Shown: positions 41,577-52,093 of the stretch, one piece after another
How positions within the stretch are numbered: the first letter of the stretch is position 1
Layout of the letters: the number at the start of each line of letters is the position of its first letter
From: Chitinivibrionales bacterium
GTDB lineage: Bacteria > Fibrobacterota > Chitinivibrionia > Chitinivibrionales > WJKA01
Direction: 5' to 3'
Length of the DNA: 64,000 nt
Assembly (NCBI GenBank): GCA_038247415.1
Contig: JBBRUX010000016.1
Coordinates: forward strand, 1-64,000
The notes under the pieces: model-generated
The model's input: the letters and a program-made list of their open reading frames with translations, nothing else
Database searches by the model: none
Told to the model about the DNA's origin: nothing
Made by a program: the position numbers and the translations under genes

Positions 41577-42858
41577 AAATGTGTTCTTTAAGCCACTTTA
41601 GCAAATCTTCCTTTTTGATCTCAACCGATTCTCCACTTGTCATATCTTTTATGCTTACGCACCCACGGGTTTCTTCGTCGCCACCGGTAACAACAACATA
41701 CAGCGCACGGGCTGCATTGGCAAGTTTAAACTGTTTACCTAACGCAAGGGGCTTAAGCGAGAACTCTGCTGAGATATCATTGTTGCGCAATTGTTGCACC
41801 AAGGAAATTGCGCCCTCTGGATAGTGGTCCTCAAGGCATGCTATATATACAAGGCTTCGAGGCGGTTGAGGCTTGAGCACTCCTTTTTCTCGCAGCAGGT
41901 CGGCAAGAACTACATCCCCGGCTGCAAATCCAACAGCAGGCGTATCGGGGCCACCGTATTGCTTGACAAGATTGTCGTAGCGCCCTCCGCCAGCAATTGC
42001 TCGCATGGCGCGTTTCTTGTCGAAAATTTCAAAAACAATACCGGTATAGTAGGCAAGTCCACGGATAACACCAATGTCAAAGACTGCGTACTCTTGTACA
42101 CCATAAGTTTTAAGCAGTACAAACAGCCGGTTCAAATCGGTTACCGATTTAAGATCTGGCCCCATTGTGCTCAATTCGTCAAGTGAAGTTGCAGCCAGAA
42201 TTTTAGCAATTGCATCGCATAAAACGGGATCTCCAATAACGCTTGCGAGCTCTGCACTAAATACCTCGGCCGGGAGCTTGTGTTTTTTGTCGAGGACTCC
42301 GTATATGTCCATAAGCTTTTCGGCTGGAGCACCGTGCGCTAAAAAGAGTTCTTCGAGAAGTTTACGAGAAGAAATATGAACGGTGAAATCTGATTCGTCA
42401 CACCCTAAATCGCGCATCATATCGATAGCTGCAGCAATGAGCTCTGCATCGGCGCTGACATCTTCGATACCAAGAATATCCATGTTGAGTTGGAAAAATT
42501 CGCGCAAGCGGCCTTTTTGCATTTTTTCGTAGCGAAAAAGACGGGGAATAGAGAACCATCGCACCGGCTTTGGAAGATTTGCACCCTGCGTTGCCACCAT
42601 GCGTGCCAGCGATGGCGTCATTTCTGGGCGTAATGCGATCATCCGTTCACCTTTATCCATAAAGGAATAGAGCTGTTTCTCTATTTCAGGGCCGCTTTTT
42701 TGGGTAAAAAGGGAGAGGTGCTCAAACTGCGGAGCGTCGAATTCTTCGAACCCGTATTTAATGCACGATTTTTTCCAGGAGGCAAAAATCTGTTCACGCT
42801 CTGCCATCTGCACTGGGTAAAAATCACGCGTTCCTTTTGGTGGCTGAGGAATTTCCAT
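41575..42858 (-). CDS. hisS: Histidine--tRNA ligase
   Basis: KGTRDF, LRPEMT, FRYE..QKGRLREF, RGLAYYTG, GGRYD. Confidence 0.96.
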   Translation of the reverse strand: MEIPQPPKGTRDFYPVQMAEREQIFASWKKSCIKYGFEEFDAPQFEHLSLFTQKSGPEIEKQLYSFMDKGERMIALRPEMTPSLARMVATQGANLPKPVRWFSIPRLFRYEKMQKGRLREFFQLNMDILGIEDVSADAELIAAAIDMMRDLGCDESDFTVHISSRKLLEELFLAHGAPAEKLMDIYGVLDKKHKLPAEVFSAELASVIGDPVLCDAIAKILAATSLDELSTMGPDLKSVTDLNRLFVLLKTYGVQEYAVFDIGVIRGLAYYTGIVFEIFDKKRAMRAIAGGGRYDNLVKQYGGPDTPAVGFAAGDVVLADLLREKGVLKPQPPRSLVYIACLEDHYPEGAISLVQQLRNNDISAEFSLKPLALGKQFKLANAARALYVVVTGGDEETRGCVSIKDMTSGESVEIKKEDLLKWLKEHI

Positions 42859-43039
42859 GATTGCTCCTAATTTTTCTGTATTTCATGTATTTTAAAAAAT
42901 AGTCGAGACTAACTTCGATTGTTAAAATAATTAGTTTGTAAGCTTTGTGATGCAGATGCTTTGCTAGGCATCTGAAACGTAGCCTCCACAGGTAGGCATA
43001 CGTGCCCTCTGCATAAAATTATAAGTAAAGGAAGTTGTC

Positions 43040-43495
43040 ATGGGTTTCGATCTTTCTCCCATAGTTATTGGCAGTGATCACGCAGGGTATAATCTCAAAA
43101 TGTTTGTCAAGCATGAGCTTGAGAAGCTTTCTATTCCTTGTCAAGATGAGGGGACTAGTAGCGCAACCGAATCGGTAGATTATCCCGTGTTTAGTGCCAA
43201 AGTTGCCAAACTCGTTTCCACCGGCGTATTCACGCGCGGAATTACGGTGTGTGGATCGGGTATTGGGGCATCTATTGCTGCAAACCGTTTTTCGGGTGTA
43301 CGTGCCGCCTTGTGTGTAACGCCCGAAATGGCGCGGCTCTCGCGGTTGCATAATAATGCCAATGTTCTTGCTATGGGGGAACGCATTACAACGCTTGAGG
43401 TAGCCAAAGAAATTCTTGTGACCTGGCTTGAAACTGCATTTGAGGCTGGTCGACATATCAGACGTGTTGAACAGCTTGATACCGTAGCACTTTAA
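43040..43495 (+). CDS. rpiB: Ribose 5-phosphate isomerase B
   Basis: GSDHAG, VDYP, CGSGIG, HNNAN, GRH.RR. Confidence 0.95.
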   Translation: MGFDLSPIVIGSDHAGYNLKMFVKHELEKLSIPCQDEGTSSATESVDYPVFSAKVAKLVSTGVFTRGITVCGSGIGASIAANRFSGVRAALCVTPEMARLSRLHNNANVLAMGERITTLEVAKEILVTWLETAFEAGRHIRRVEQLDTVAL

Positions 43496-43510
43496 CATAA
43501 AGGACTTTAC

Positions 43511-43969
43511 ATGGCGCTAGCACACAAGCCTCGGGCATCGTGGGACGAATATTTTATGCGCATTGCCGTGGAGGCAGCTACCCGTGCAACGTGCGACAGA
43601 AAGCATGTTGGTGCGGTAATCGTACGCGACAAGACAATTCTCTCGACCGGGTATAATGGCTCGGTACGCGGTATGCCGCATTGCGACGATGTAGGACATA
43701 TGATGGAAGAGGGACATTGTGTTGCTACGGTGCACGCCGAAGCGAATGCTATTCTCCAGGCTGCAAAGCATGGAATCATGATTAACGGTGCAGATATTTA
43801 TGTGACCGCCTCGCCATGCTGGAATTGCTTCAAGCTTATTGCTAATTCTGGAATCAAGCGGATCTTCTTTCTCGAATTTTACCGTGACGAGCGAATTTAT
43901 GAAGTTGCACAAGCAGCTGGCATAGAACTCCTCCAGATTACCACATCGTTTGAAGTGAAGCCAGACTGA
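43511..43969 (+). CDS. dCMP deaminase (ComEB family)
   Basis: WDEYFM, TGYNG, HAEANA, SPCWNC. Confidence 0.92.
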   Translation: MALAHKPRASWDEYFMRIAVEAATRATCDRKHVGAVIVRDKTILSTGYNGSVRGMPHCDDVGHMMEEGHCVATVHAEANAILQAAKHGIMINGADIYVTASPCWNCFKLIANSGIKRIFFLEFYRDERIYEVAQAAGIELLQITTSFEVKPD

Positions 43970-45171
43970 TGGAACCTATCGCTCCTTCTTTACCCCCTGC
44001 GCAAGCAAATGCTGCGAGCCCATGGCGCTGTGCTTGTGTTATTCCAACCTACAATAACGCCGCAACACTGCCCCAGGTTATACTTAATGTCAAGAGTTAT
44101 TGCGAAGCTATTATTGTGGTTGACGACGGGTCTACCGATACCACCAAGCAAGTTCTTGAGGGAATTTCTGGTGTTATTAAGCTCGGTTATGGAATTAATA
44201 AAGGTAAAGGTCATGCTTTACGAATTGGAATGCATCACGCCCTTCATGCCGGATTTACGCATGCAATCACGATCGATGCCGATGGACAACACCGATCCTT
44301 GGATATTCCGGTTTTACTTAAGGAATCAGAGCAATTTCCACGTTCGGTCGTTATGGGAAGTCGCTCTCTGGATGCCCCCGGATCGAGCACTCCACCGCTG
44401 CGTTCCCGTGTAGGCAGATCGTTTGGAGCCTTCTGGTTTACCTTCATCACCGGGCAACACTTGTTTGACACGCAGAGCGGATTTCGGGTGTATCCCCTTG
44501 CAGCAGTTGTTGACAATGGGTGCGTTACCGATCGCTACGAATACGAACAGGAAATTCTTATTGCAGTGTGCTGGCAGGGTTTTGGTATCAGATCTGTGGC
44601 CGTGCAACGACATTATTTTGTACAAGAAACACGCACGTCCCATTTTCGCCCATGGATGGATTTTTTTCGTATTTTTGCGGTTAATTCCCGGGCTGCATTT
44701 CAGCGATGCCTTCTGCCAAAGCAGCTTTGGACTATGCGTAAAGAACCTTTCGGGGCCGTAGTCCGCAGAGCTCTTGTTCACGAGCTGAAAGCAAATGCTT
44801 CTCCTCGTAAAGCATCAATTTCGCTCTCGCTTGGTACATTTTTTGGTATTTTGCCGATCTATGGTTTTCAGGTCCTTTCTCTTGTGGGGCTTTCGTTTGT
44901 ACTGCCGCTCAATAGACCACTTGCGTTTTTGGGAGTCTCGATTTCGTCTGCACCCCTTTTACCAATCTGGATTGGACTTGGTGTCATGATTGGCCTTCCC
45001 TTTACAAAATTGGTTGAGCCCTATCTGCCTGCAACCACTGCATTTCATTACGGAGCTGCATGGTTTATTGGCAGCACACTACTTGCATGTGGCATTGGTC
45101 TTGTTACCGCAGGTATTAGCTATCCGCTCTTTGCCATGTGGCAAAAAAAGAAAAAATATCTTTCTGTATAG
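43969..45171 (+). CDS. GT2 glycosyltransferase with C-terminal DUF2062-like membrane domain
   Basis: IPTYNN, VDDGSTD, DADGQH, DTQSGFR; hydrophobic C-terminus. Confidence 0.85.
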   Translation: MEPIAPSLPPAQANAASPWRCACVIPTYNNAATLPQVILNVKSYCEAIIVVDDGSTDTTKQVLEGISGVIKLGYGINKGKGHALRIGMHHALHAGFTHAITIDADGQHRSLDIPVLLKESEQFPRSVVMGSRSLDAPGSSTPPLRSRVGRSFGAFWFTFITGQHLFDTQSGFRVYPLAAVVDNGCVTDRYEYEQEILIAVCWQGFGIRSVAVQRHYFVQETRTSHFRPWMDFFRIFAVNSRAAFQRCLLPKQLWTMRKEPFGAVVRRALVHELKANASPRKASISLSLGTFFGILPIYGFQVLSLVGLSFVLPLNRPLAFLGVSISSAPLLPIWIGLGVMIGLPFTKLVEPYLPATTAFHYGAAWFIGSTLLACGIGLVTAGISYPLFAMWQKKKKYLSV

Positions 45172-45246
45172 TATGCAAAAAGGTAAGCAAATATCCGAAA
45201 ACTGCGCTCGGCACTCTACATACATTTTGTTGTGAGGTTATAGCTA

Positions 45247-46455
45247 TTGTCTATAAAACGTGATACTTTTCTGCTCTTTTCAACCCGCATCTTTCGGCTT
45301 TTTTGCTACGGCTTTCTTTCTTTGGGGCTTATGCTATACCTTGTCAAAATAGGACTCTCCGCGCTCCAGATAGGCATCTTGCTCTCGTGTATTCTTTTAG
45401 GGGATGCAGCCATAACCCTTGCAATTACCACGTGGGCCGATCGAATTGGTCGCAAGCGAATGCTTATGGTGGGAGCTGTGCTTATGATTGCCGGGGGAGT
45501 GCTTTTTATAGTGACGCACAATTTTCTGCTGCTTATTCTTGCAGGAATCGTTGGGGTTATAAGCCCCAGCGGCAATGAAATTGGGCCATTTCTCTCTATC
45601 GAGCAAGCCGGATTAAGCGAACTCCATAAAGAGCGCGATCGCACCAGGATATTTGCTTGGTATAATCTGGCCGGATCGTTTGCATCGGCGCTTGGGGCAC
45701 TGTTTGGAGGGTGGACTTTATCGCTTGTCCAGCTTTCGGGTCATCCGGTGCTTTTTTCTTACCAGGTTCTTCTGGTGGGCTATGCTGCTGGCGGTGCGCT
45801 CTTATTGCTTTTATTTGTGTTTCTTTCTGGTGCAATAGAAACTCCTCGCCGATTGCCAACGCACGGAATATTTGGATTGCACGCCTCGGGAGGGATTATA
45901 GCAAAATTATCTGCCCTCTTTGCGCTTGATGCTTTTGCCGGCGGAATGGTTATACAAAGCATTTTCGCCTTTTGGTTTTTTTCGAAATTTGGCTTAAGCG
46001 AAGGAATTGTTGGTACCATATTTTTTGGAGCAAATGTATTAGCAGGTGTTTCGGCACTTGTTGCAGTTCCCCTCAGCAAGCGAATTGGCCTGATTAACAC
46101 GATGGTTTTTACCCATATTCCCTCAAATATTTTTCTTATTTTGGTGCCACTCATGCCTAATTGTGGTCTTGCCATTGCCATGCTGCTTGCCCGTTTTAGC
46201 ATTTCTCAGATGGATGTGCCCACACGGCAATCATTTACAATGGCCGTTGTTGAGCCCGATGAACGATCTGCCGCTTCGGGAATTACAGCTATTGCGCGTT
46301 CCCTTGGCGCGGCGCTTTCGCCGTCGATTGCTGGATTTTTTCTCTCGGTCGGTGCCTTAATGTCCCTGCCCTTTATTGCTGCTGGTTCACTTAAAATCCT
46401 CTACGACCTGATTTTATACCGAGAATTCACAAAAGTGGTTCCTAAGGACCAGTAA
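45247..46455 (+). CDS. MFS transporter
   Basis: About 12 TMs, ADRIGRK motif A, SQMDVPTRQS. Confidence 0.88.
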   Translation: MSIKRDTFLLFSTRIFRLFCYGFLSLGLMLYLVKIGLSALQIGILLSCILLGDAAITLAITTWADRIGRKRMLMVGAVLMIAGGVLFIVTHNFLLLILAGIVGVISPSGNEIGPFLSIEQAGLSELHKERDRTRIFAWYNLAGSFASALGALFGGWTLSLVQLSGHPVLFSYQVLLVGYAAGGALLLLLFVFLSGAIETPRRLPTHGIFGLHASGGIIAKLSALFALDAFAGGMVIQSIFAFWFFSKFGLSEGIVGTIFFGANVLAGVSALVAVPLSKRIGLINTMVFTHIPSNIFLILVPLMPNCGLAIAMLLARFSISQMDVPTRQSFTMAVVEPDERSAASGITAIARSLGAALSPSIAGFFLSVGALMSLPFIAAGSLKILYDLILYREFTKVVPKDQ

Positions 46456-46602
46456 CGAATCACTTCTTATTTCTTCTGTTGAGCATAATACTATTTATCT
46501 GGATGCATTTCTTGTCTTAGAGACCTGCGAAAATGTATCTTTAAAAGATTTAATTAGTAGATTTTGGGCGGTTTTGCCCGTTTTTTTATACGGTGAAAGC
46601 AT

Positions 46603-47937
46603 ATGTTCGACGAATTAACCGGAAGATTTGAATCGATTTTTAAAAAGCTGCGCGGCCAGGGCAAGCTCTCAGAAGCCAATATTGCCGAGGCTATGCGAGA
46701 GGTTAAGCGCGCACTTCTAGAAGCAGATGTCAATTTTCGGGTCGTTAAAAAATTTATTGCCGATGTCGAAGCCAAAGCTCTTGGTTCCGAGGTGCTCACA
46801 AGCATCACTCCGGGCCAACAGATCATCAAGATCGTCTACGATGAACTTACTGCCCTCATGGGAACCCAGGCACGAGTCTTACGGTTTCATACAAATCGTC
46901 AAAATGTTATTCTCATGGCCGGATTGCAGGGAAGTGGTAAAACAACCGCTTCTGCTAAACTTGCATTGTATTTCAGAAAACAAGGACACCGGCCTTTACT
47001 GGTAGCGTGCGATACCTATCGTCCTGCTGCTATCGATCAGCTCGAATCGCTTGGTCGGGCGCTTTCTATACCTGTTTACGCAGATCGGGCGGCAAAACCC
47101 CTCGAAATTTGTAAAGCAGCGCTAGCTTTTGCGCGTCGCGAAGATCACACCTTGGTTATTCTCGATACGGCAGGTCGTTTAAGCATCGACGAAGATATGA
47201 TGCACGAGCTGCGGGGGATTTCTGCAGAATCAAAGCCCGACGAAATCTTTTTTGTAGCCGATGCTATGACCGGTCAGGATGCTGTTAACGTTGCAGCCGA
47301 GTTTCATAAACAAATCAATTTTACTGGTGTTGTGCTCTCAAAAATGGATGGCGACTCCCGTGGTGGTGCTGCTCTTTCCATTTTATCGGTGTGTGGCGTG
47401 CCGGTTCAATTTATTGGCACCTCCGAAAAGCCCGATGGCCTCGATGTATTCTATCCCGATCGTATGGCATCGCGCATTCTTGGGATGGGCGATATCGTTT
47501 CGCTGGTTGAACGGGCGCAAGAAACTGTCGACATTGAAAATACTCGTAAGCTCGAAAGAAAAATTCGCAAAAATGTCCTTTCGCTTCAGGATTTTCTCGA
47601 GCAGCTTCGGCAAATCAAAAAGATGGGATCTATTGGAGATCTTATTTCGATGTTGCCGGGGGCAGGCGCACAACTTAAGAATACCGAAGTGGATCCAAAA
47701 TCGCTTACTCGTATCGAGGCTATCATTTGTTCCATGACAGCAACAGAGCGGGAAAAGCCCCTCATTATAGATGGTCGCCGAAAAATTAGAATTGCTAAAG
47801 GAAGTGGTACTTCTGTACAAGAAGTAAACAAGCTTCTCAAACAATTCGACACCATGAAAACCATGATGAAGCGCATGAATAAAATGTCGGGACGTCGCGG
47901 GCAGGATGCAGCGATGAAATCCCTTTTTGGAATGTAA
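46603..47937 (+). CDS. ffh: Signal recognition particle protein
   Basis: ALLEADV, GLQGSGKTT, DTAGR, M domain. Confidence 0.97.
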   Translation: MFDELTGRFESIFKKLRGQGKLSEANIAEAMREVKRALLEADVNFRVVKKFIADVEAKALGSEVLTSITPGQQIIKIVYDELTALMGTQARVLRFHTNRQNVILMAGLQGSGKTTASAKLALYFRKQGHRPLLVACDTYRPAAIDQLESLGRALSIPVYADRAAKPLEICKAALAFARREDHTLVILDTAGRLSIDEDMMHELRGISAESKPDEIFFVADAMTGQDAVNVAAEFHKQINFTGVVLSKMDGDSRGGAALSILSVCGVPVQFIGTSEKPDGLDVFYPDRMASRILGMGDIVSLVERAQETVDIENTRKLERKIRKNVLSLQDFLEQLRQIKKMGSIGDLISMLPGAGAQLKNTEVDPKSLTRIEAIICSMTATEREKPLIIDGRRKIRIAKGSGTSVQEVNKLLKQFDTMKTMMKRMNKMSGRRGQDAAMKSLFGM

Positions 47938-47981
47938 AGCAGTTATTGTTCATATATCAACCTTATCGATTGGAGACTCCC

Positions 47982-48323
47982 TTGGCTGTTACTATTCGAT
48001 TGGCCAGAACCGGCCGCAAGAATCTGGCTCGGTATCGTGTTGTTGCTGCAGATAGCCGTATGCCTCGTGATGGCCGTTTTCTCGAAACACTTGGTGTTTA
48101 CAACCCAGAAGCCAATCCAAAAGAAATTACGCTCAAAATCGAACGTATTGCTCATTGGATCAAGCTTGGTGCAAAGCCATCAGATACCATTCGTAGCTTC
48201 TTGTCTCAACAGCGGTTTGCAGATAAAATTGCTGCCATCGAAAAAGGCATCGATCCTGCAACTATTAGCCCAAAGCCCGAACCAAAGGTAAAGCCTAAGG
48301 CAAAGAAAAAGAAGGGCGAATAA
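47982..48323 (+). CDS. rpsP: 30S ribosomal protein S16
   Basis: TTG start after GGAG; IRLAR.G, YRVVAADSR.PRDG. Confidence 0.95.
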   Translation: MAVTIRLARTGRKNLARYRVVAADSRMPRDGRFLETLGVYNPEANPKEITLKIERIAHWIKLGAKPSDTIRSFLSQQRFADKIAAIEKGIDPATISPKPEPKVKPKAKKKKGE

Positions 48324-48329
48324 TATCGC

Positions 48330-48863
48330 GTGGTCGATGAAGTTTTTTTAACGCACATCGCTATCGGTCGAATACGGCGCCCCTTTGCTTTAGAGGGCGT
48401 TTGTGTGGCCTCCTCGTTTGGAGAGACACTCACTTCGGTTAAGCTTCCTTATACGGTGCTTATCTGTCGGGAAGATGGTACCGGTAAAGCAGAAAAAACA
48501 ATTATTCGTCGGCGAGCTGATACTAAAGGGGTGTATTGCACCTTTGATGGTGTAACCTCTATAGATGATGCCGAATTGCTTCGCGATTTCCTTATCATGG
48601 TTGAGGCTACTAAGCTTAAGCCAAAGCGTAAGGGAGAGTATTATCATTTCGATTTGATGGGGCTGTCGGTTGTGACCGATGCAGGGGCACCTCTTGGGAC
48701 TGTAGTTGAGGTGCATAATTATCCAACAATGGATGCTCTGGATATAGCGCGGCCCGATAATCAGATCCTTGTTATTCCTCTCTCTGCGGAGTGTCTTGTT
48801 TCGGTGGATACAGATTCTAAAACAATTGTGCTTAAAGCTTCATTTGTTGAAGATCTGCTGTAG
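48330..48863 (+). CDS. rimM: Ribosome maturation factor
   Basis: IGRI...ALEG, EYY.FDL.GL, synteny. Confidence 0.9.
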   Translation: MVDEVFLTHIAIGRIRRPFALEGVCVASSFGETLTSVKLPYTVLICREDGTGKAEKTIIRRRADTKGVYCTFDGVTSIDDAELLRDFLIMVEATKLKPKRKGEYYHFDLMGLSVVTDAGAPLGTVVEVHNYPTMDALDIARPDNQILVIPLSAECLVSVDTDSKTIVLKASFVEDLL

Positions 48864-48872
48864 GAAAGCATT

Positions 48873-49574
48873 ATGTTCTTTGACGTTTTGACCCTGTTTC
48901 CTTCGGTGTTTACTGCTGTTACCGAAGTTTCTATAGTAAAGCGTGCTATAGAAAAGGAAATTGTTTCGGTACATGTTGATGATATCCGATCGTATACAAC
49001 CGACCGGCATCGTACCGTTGATGATTATCCCTATGGCGGCGATGCGGGAATGCTTCTCATGCCTATTCCTCTTGGTAAGGCGCTTGAAGCGGCATTGGAG
49101 CGTAATAGCACTCGGTCGAACACGGTGGTGTATATGTCGGCGCAGGGCGAACAATTATCGCATAAACGCATCGTGGAGTTTACTTCGCAAGAGTCGATAA
49201 TCATCGTATGCGGGCATTACAAAGGAATCGATCAGCGCATCATAGATAAATATGTAGATGTTGAAGTTTCGGTTGGCGATTATGTAGTGTCGGGCGGGGA
49301 AGTACCCGCAATGATTCTGATAGATGCGATAACGCGTCTGTTGCCTGGCGTTTTGGGCAACTACGATTCGGCGCAAGGTGATTCTTTTTTCAATGGGATA
49401 TTAGGGCCACCGCATTATACCAGACCAGAAGTTTACGAAGGGGTGTCGGTACCCAAGGTGCTTTTAAGCGGGCATCACGAAGAAATTCGCAAGTTTCAGT
49501 ATGCAGAGGCTCTGGAACTGACAAAAAAGAGAAGGCCCGATTTGTTTGAAGCGCATGTGCGTGGGCAGCATTAA
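48873..49574 (+). CDS. trmD: tRNA (m1G37) methyltransferase
   Basis: VDDYPYGG, CGHYKGID, SVGDYVVSGGE, YTRP. Confidence 0.96.
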   Translation: MFFDVLTLFPSVFTAVTEVSIVKRAIEKEIVSVHVDDIRSYTTDRHRTVDDYPYGGDAGMLLMPIPLGKALEAALERNSTRSNTVVYMSAQGEQLSHKRIVEFTSQESIIIVCGHYKGIDQRIIDKYVDVEVSVGDYVVSGGEVPAMILIDAITRLLPGVLGNYDSAQGDSFFNGILGPPHYTRPEVYEGVSVPKVLLSGHHEEIRKFQYAEALELTKKRRPDLFEAHVRGQH

Positions 49575-49622
49575 AAAGGAAATTATTAGTTGTTTTGATA
49601 GTTTTTTTTAAAGGAGGATTGT

Positions 49623-49967
49623 GTGGTTGATCTTGTCAAGAAAATCGAAAAATCAGGTATGCAGGAAACCCGTCCCGAAATCAATCCGGGCGATACGGTA
49701 AGTGTTTCGTTGCGTATTCTCGAAGGCGATAAAGAACGTGTCCAGACCTTTACCGGTATCATAATTCAAAAGCGTGGAGCTGGGCTTTCTAAAACGTTCA
49801 CCGTGCGTAAGGCATCTGGTGGTATTTATGTTGAGCGTATTTTCCCCCTTCATTCGCCTCTTATTTCCGATATTACTATAACTCGCCGTGGGGCAGTACG
49901 TCGTGCTAAGCTTTTTTATCTACGCGAACGTATTGGTAAGGCTGTTCGTATCAAGGAAAAAAAGTAA
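49623..49967 (+). CDS. rplS: 50S ribosomal protein L19
   Basis: PGDTV, EGDKER, VERIFP.HSP, VRRAKLFYLR. Confidence 0.97.
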   Translation: MVDLVKKIEKSGMQETRPEINPGDTVSVSLRILEGDKERVQTFTGIIIQKRGAGLSKTFTVRKASGGIYVERIFPLHSPLISDITITRRGAVRRAKLFYLRERIGKAVRIKEKK

Positions 49968-50004
49968 GACATTATTTGCCGAATACGGTTCTTATTGTAT
50001 GATT

Positions 50005-50041
50005 AAAGAGAAGGTACTTGTATTTACCTTCTCTTTTTTTT
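50005..50041 (+). terminator. Rho-independent terminator
   Basis: AAAGAGAAGGTA/TACCTTCTCTTT stem with T run after rplS. Confidence 0.8.
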
Positions 50042-50063
50042 GGAGCTTTTCGCAGGAACCATA

Positions 50064-51062
50064 ATGCCTCCTCTCGAACGCACTAACCTTAAAACCGGCA
50101 AACGTCCGGTTGCCCTCGATGTTAGAACCTATAAATCGGGCGATGTCCTATTTGCAGAAGGTTCAACGGGTCGAGAATTATTTATTATCAAAGAAGGTAA
50201 AGTCGGTGTTTTTAAGGAATCACCCGATGGCCAGGTGCATCTTGCCAATGTCGAAAAAGATGGCATGGTGGGAGAAATGTCCCTTCTAGATGCTCTTCCT
50301 CGATCGGCAACTGTCAAGGCGATAGATCCTTCTTCGGCCATGGTTGTAAATACCGCAACGTTTGCAGCTGCGCTTGCCACGGTTCCGCCGTGGCTTCAGA
50401 GTATCATAAAAATTGTAGTCTCACGATTGCGCGACGCTAATAAGCGGGTTGATCAGGCAATTTTACGTGATAAAGATCGAGGTTTGGTATCGCTTATCAT
50501 CCTGCTTTTGGTGCGGTATAAACACGATTTTTCGTCGATGCTTGCCCTGGATTTTGACCTTGTTGTGGTAGAAGGATATTTTGTTTGCAGGCTGAGAAAA
50601 AAAGAGATTCTTGCAATTCTTGACAATCTCGTAAAAAGGCGAATTGTTGCTATCGAAGAAGACACCGAGAAAAAACGGCATGTGTGCATTAAAGACCTAG
50701 AAATCCTAAAATTATACTGTGAATATCTTACGCTTAAAAGTATAAAGAAAACGTTTCGTGAATTGTCGATTCCCGAAGAGAGTGTTGCCATACTTAATAA
50801 TATTGCCTACTGTGCCCAAAAATCGGCCATTGAAACAGATGATGGAACTACCCTGGCTCGTGAAATTTTGGTGGCAGATTTGGGAGATAAAAAAGCTGAT
50901 AATCTCGATAAAATTTTATCCGATTTAAAGCGCCGCATGATTATTACTACGCCGCCAGGTGCACGAGATGACATTCTTGTTTTCAAACGGGATACGCTGA
51001 GTCGTATCAAGAAAATTAGGGAATGGGCTCCCCGTTTTGCTTCCGAAGTGGGGGCTCCCTAA
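50064..51062 (+). CDS. cNMP-binding (Crp/Fnr-like) protein 1
   Basis: GEMSLLDALPRSATV phosphate-binding cassette, C-helix SRLRDAN, long C-terminal extension. Confidence 0.82.
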   Translation: MPPLERTNLKTGKRPVALDVRTYKSGDVLFAEGSTGRELFIIKEGKVGVFKESPDGQVHLANVEKDGMVGEMSLLDALPRSATVKAIDPSSAMVVNTATFAAALATVPPWLQSIIKIVVSRLRDANKRVDQAILRDKDRGLVSLIILLLVRYKHDFSSMLALDFDLVVVEGYFVCRLRKKEILAILDNLVKRRIVAIEEDTEKKRHVCIKDLEILKLYCEYLTLKSIKKTFRELSIPEESVAILNNIAYCAQKSAIETDDGTTLAREILVADLGDKKADNLDKILSDLKRRMIITTPPGARDDILVFKRDTLSRIKKIREWAPRFASEVGAP

Positions 51063-52093
51063 TGAATACTTTGGGAAAAATTGGCGCGGGACGTTCTATT
51101 GTCAATAGAAATGAACTCACGCTAAAAAAAGGTTCCCTCATGTTTATTGAGGGCGAAACCAGTAGTGAGATGTATATCTTGCGCTCGGGTAAAATTCGCA
51201 TCCTCAGACAAGAGGGAGATAATGCCATCGAGCTTGCTATCTTAGGGCCAGGAAGTGTTTTAGGGGAGCTTTCACTTCTGGATAATCAACCTCGTGGGGC
51301 CACGGCGCAAGTTCTGGAAGAAACCACCGCAACGGTGATCGATCATGACCTTTTCGAAAAAACTCTTGCTGCAACACCCTCGTGGCTTGCTACCATGCTT
51401 CGCCTTGTTGTCAAAAGATTGCGCGACACCATGAAACGAACATCGGATGATATTGTCAAAAAAAATATTTCTGGTGTTTTGCAGGTGATGTCGCTTCTGC
51501 ACGATAGCGAAGGGGCGCTGCATCCAGAAATGAAGATGAAACAGATTCCTGTTGCGCGTATCAAGGAGTGTGTTTTTGATATTATTGGCCTTGGAGCACT
51601 AGAAACAGAAAATGTATTTTTGCATCTTATTTTAAAAGACCAAATTCTTATTCGCAAAAACGAACGGGGTAGGGAACAGGTTTTTGTCAAGGATATCATG
51701 GTGTTTGGGCTGTATCTGGCATACCTTCGTGCAAAGCAGCGTGGCGTTGACATGTTTGGCGAAAAATTATCCGTTGCTGCAACTACGCTTCTGGGCTTTA
51801 TTGTTGGCGCAGGGGACAAAAACGGCACTCGATTAACAAATGGCTTGGTTCGCATAGGTGTAATGCAGGTTGAAATAGAGCTGGAACGCTCGCACGGGGC
51901 ATCTTCGCATATCGATTTTGACGCATACGATGAACTTATAGCAGGCAAAATTGTGGTTGAAGAAGCCGATGTTACACGCTCTGCTCATGGAACCCACAAG
52001 CGGGCAACACTTGTGTATAATCCCGAGTCGCTTGCTCGGCTACAGATCTTTAGAAAGTGGCTCCCCCTTTTCGCGGAGGATGTACAATTTTAA
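51062..52093 (+). CDS. cNMP-binding (Crp/Fnr-like) protein 2
   Basis: GELSLLDNQPRGATA, KRLRDT; TAATG overlap with its paralog. Confidence 0.82.
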   Translation: MNTLGKIGAGRSIVNRNELTLKKGSLMFIEGETSSEMYILRSGKIRILRQEGDNAIELAILGPGSVLGELSLLDNQPRGATAQVLEETTATVIDHDLFEKTLAATPSWLATMLRLVVKRLRDTMKRTSDDIVKKNISGVLQVMSLLHDSEGALHPEMKMKQIPVARIKECVFDIIGLGALETENVFLHLILKDQILIRKNERGREQVFVKDIMVFGLYLAYLRAKQRGVDMFGEKLSVAATTLLGFIVGAGDKNGTRLTNGLVRIGVMQVEIELERSHGASSHIDFDAYDELIAGKIVVEEADVTRSAHGTHKRATLVYNPESLARLQIFRKWLPLFAEDVQF

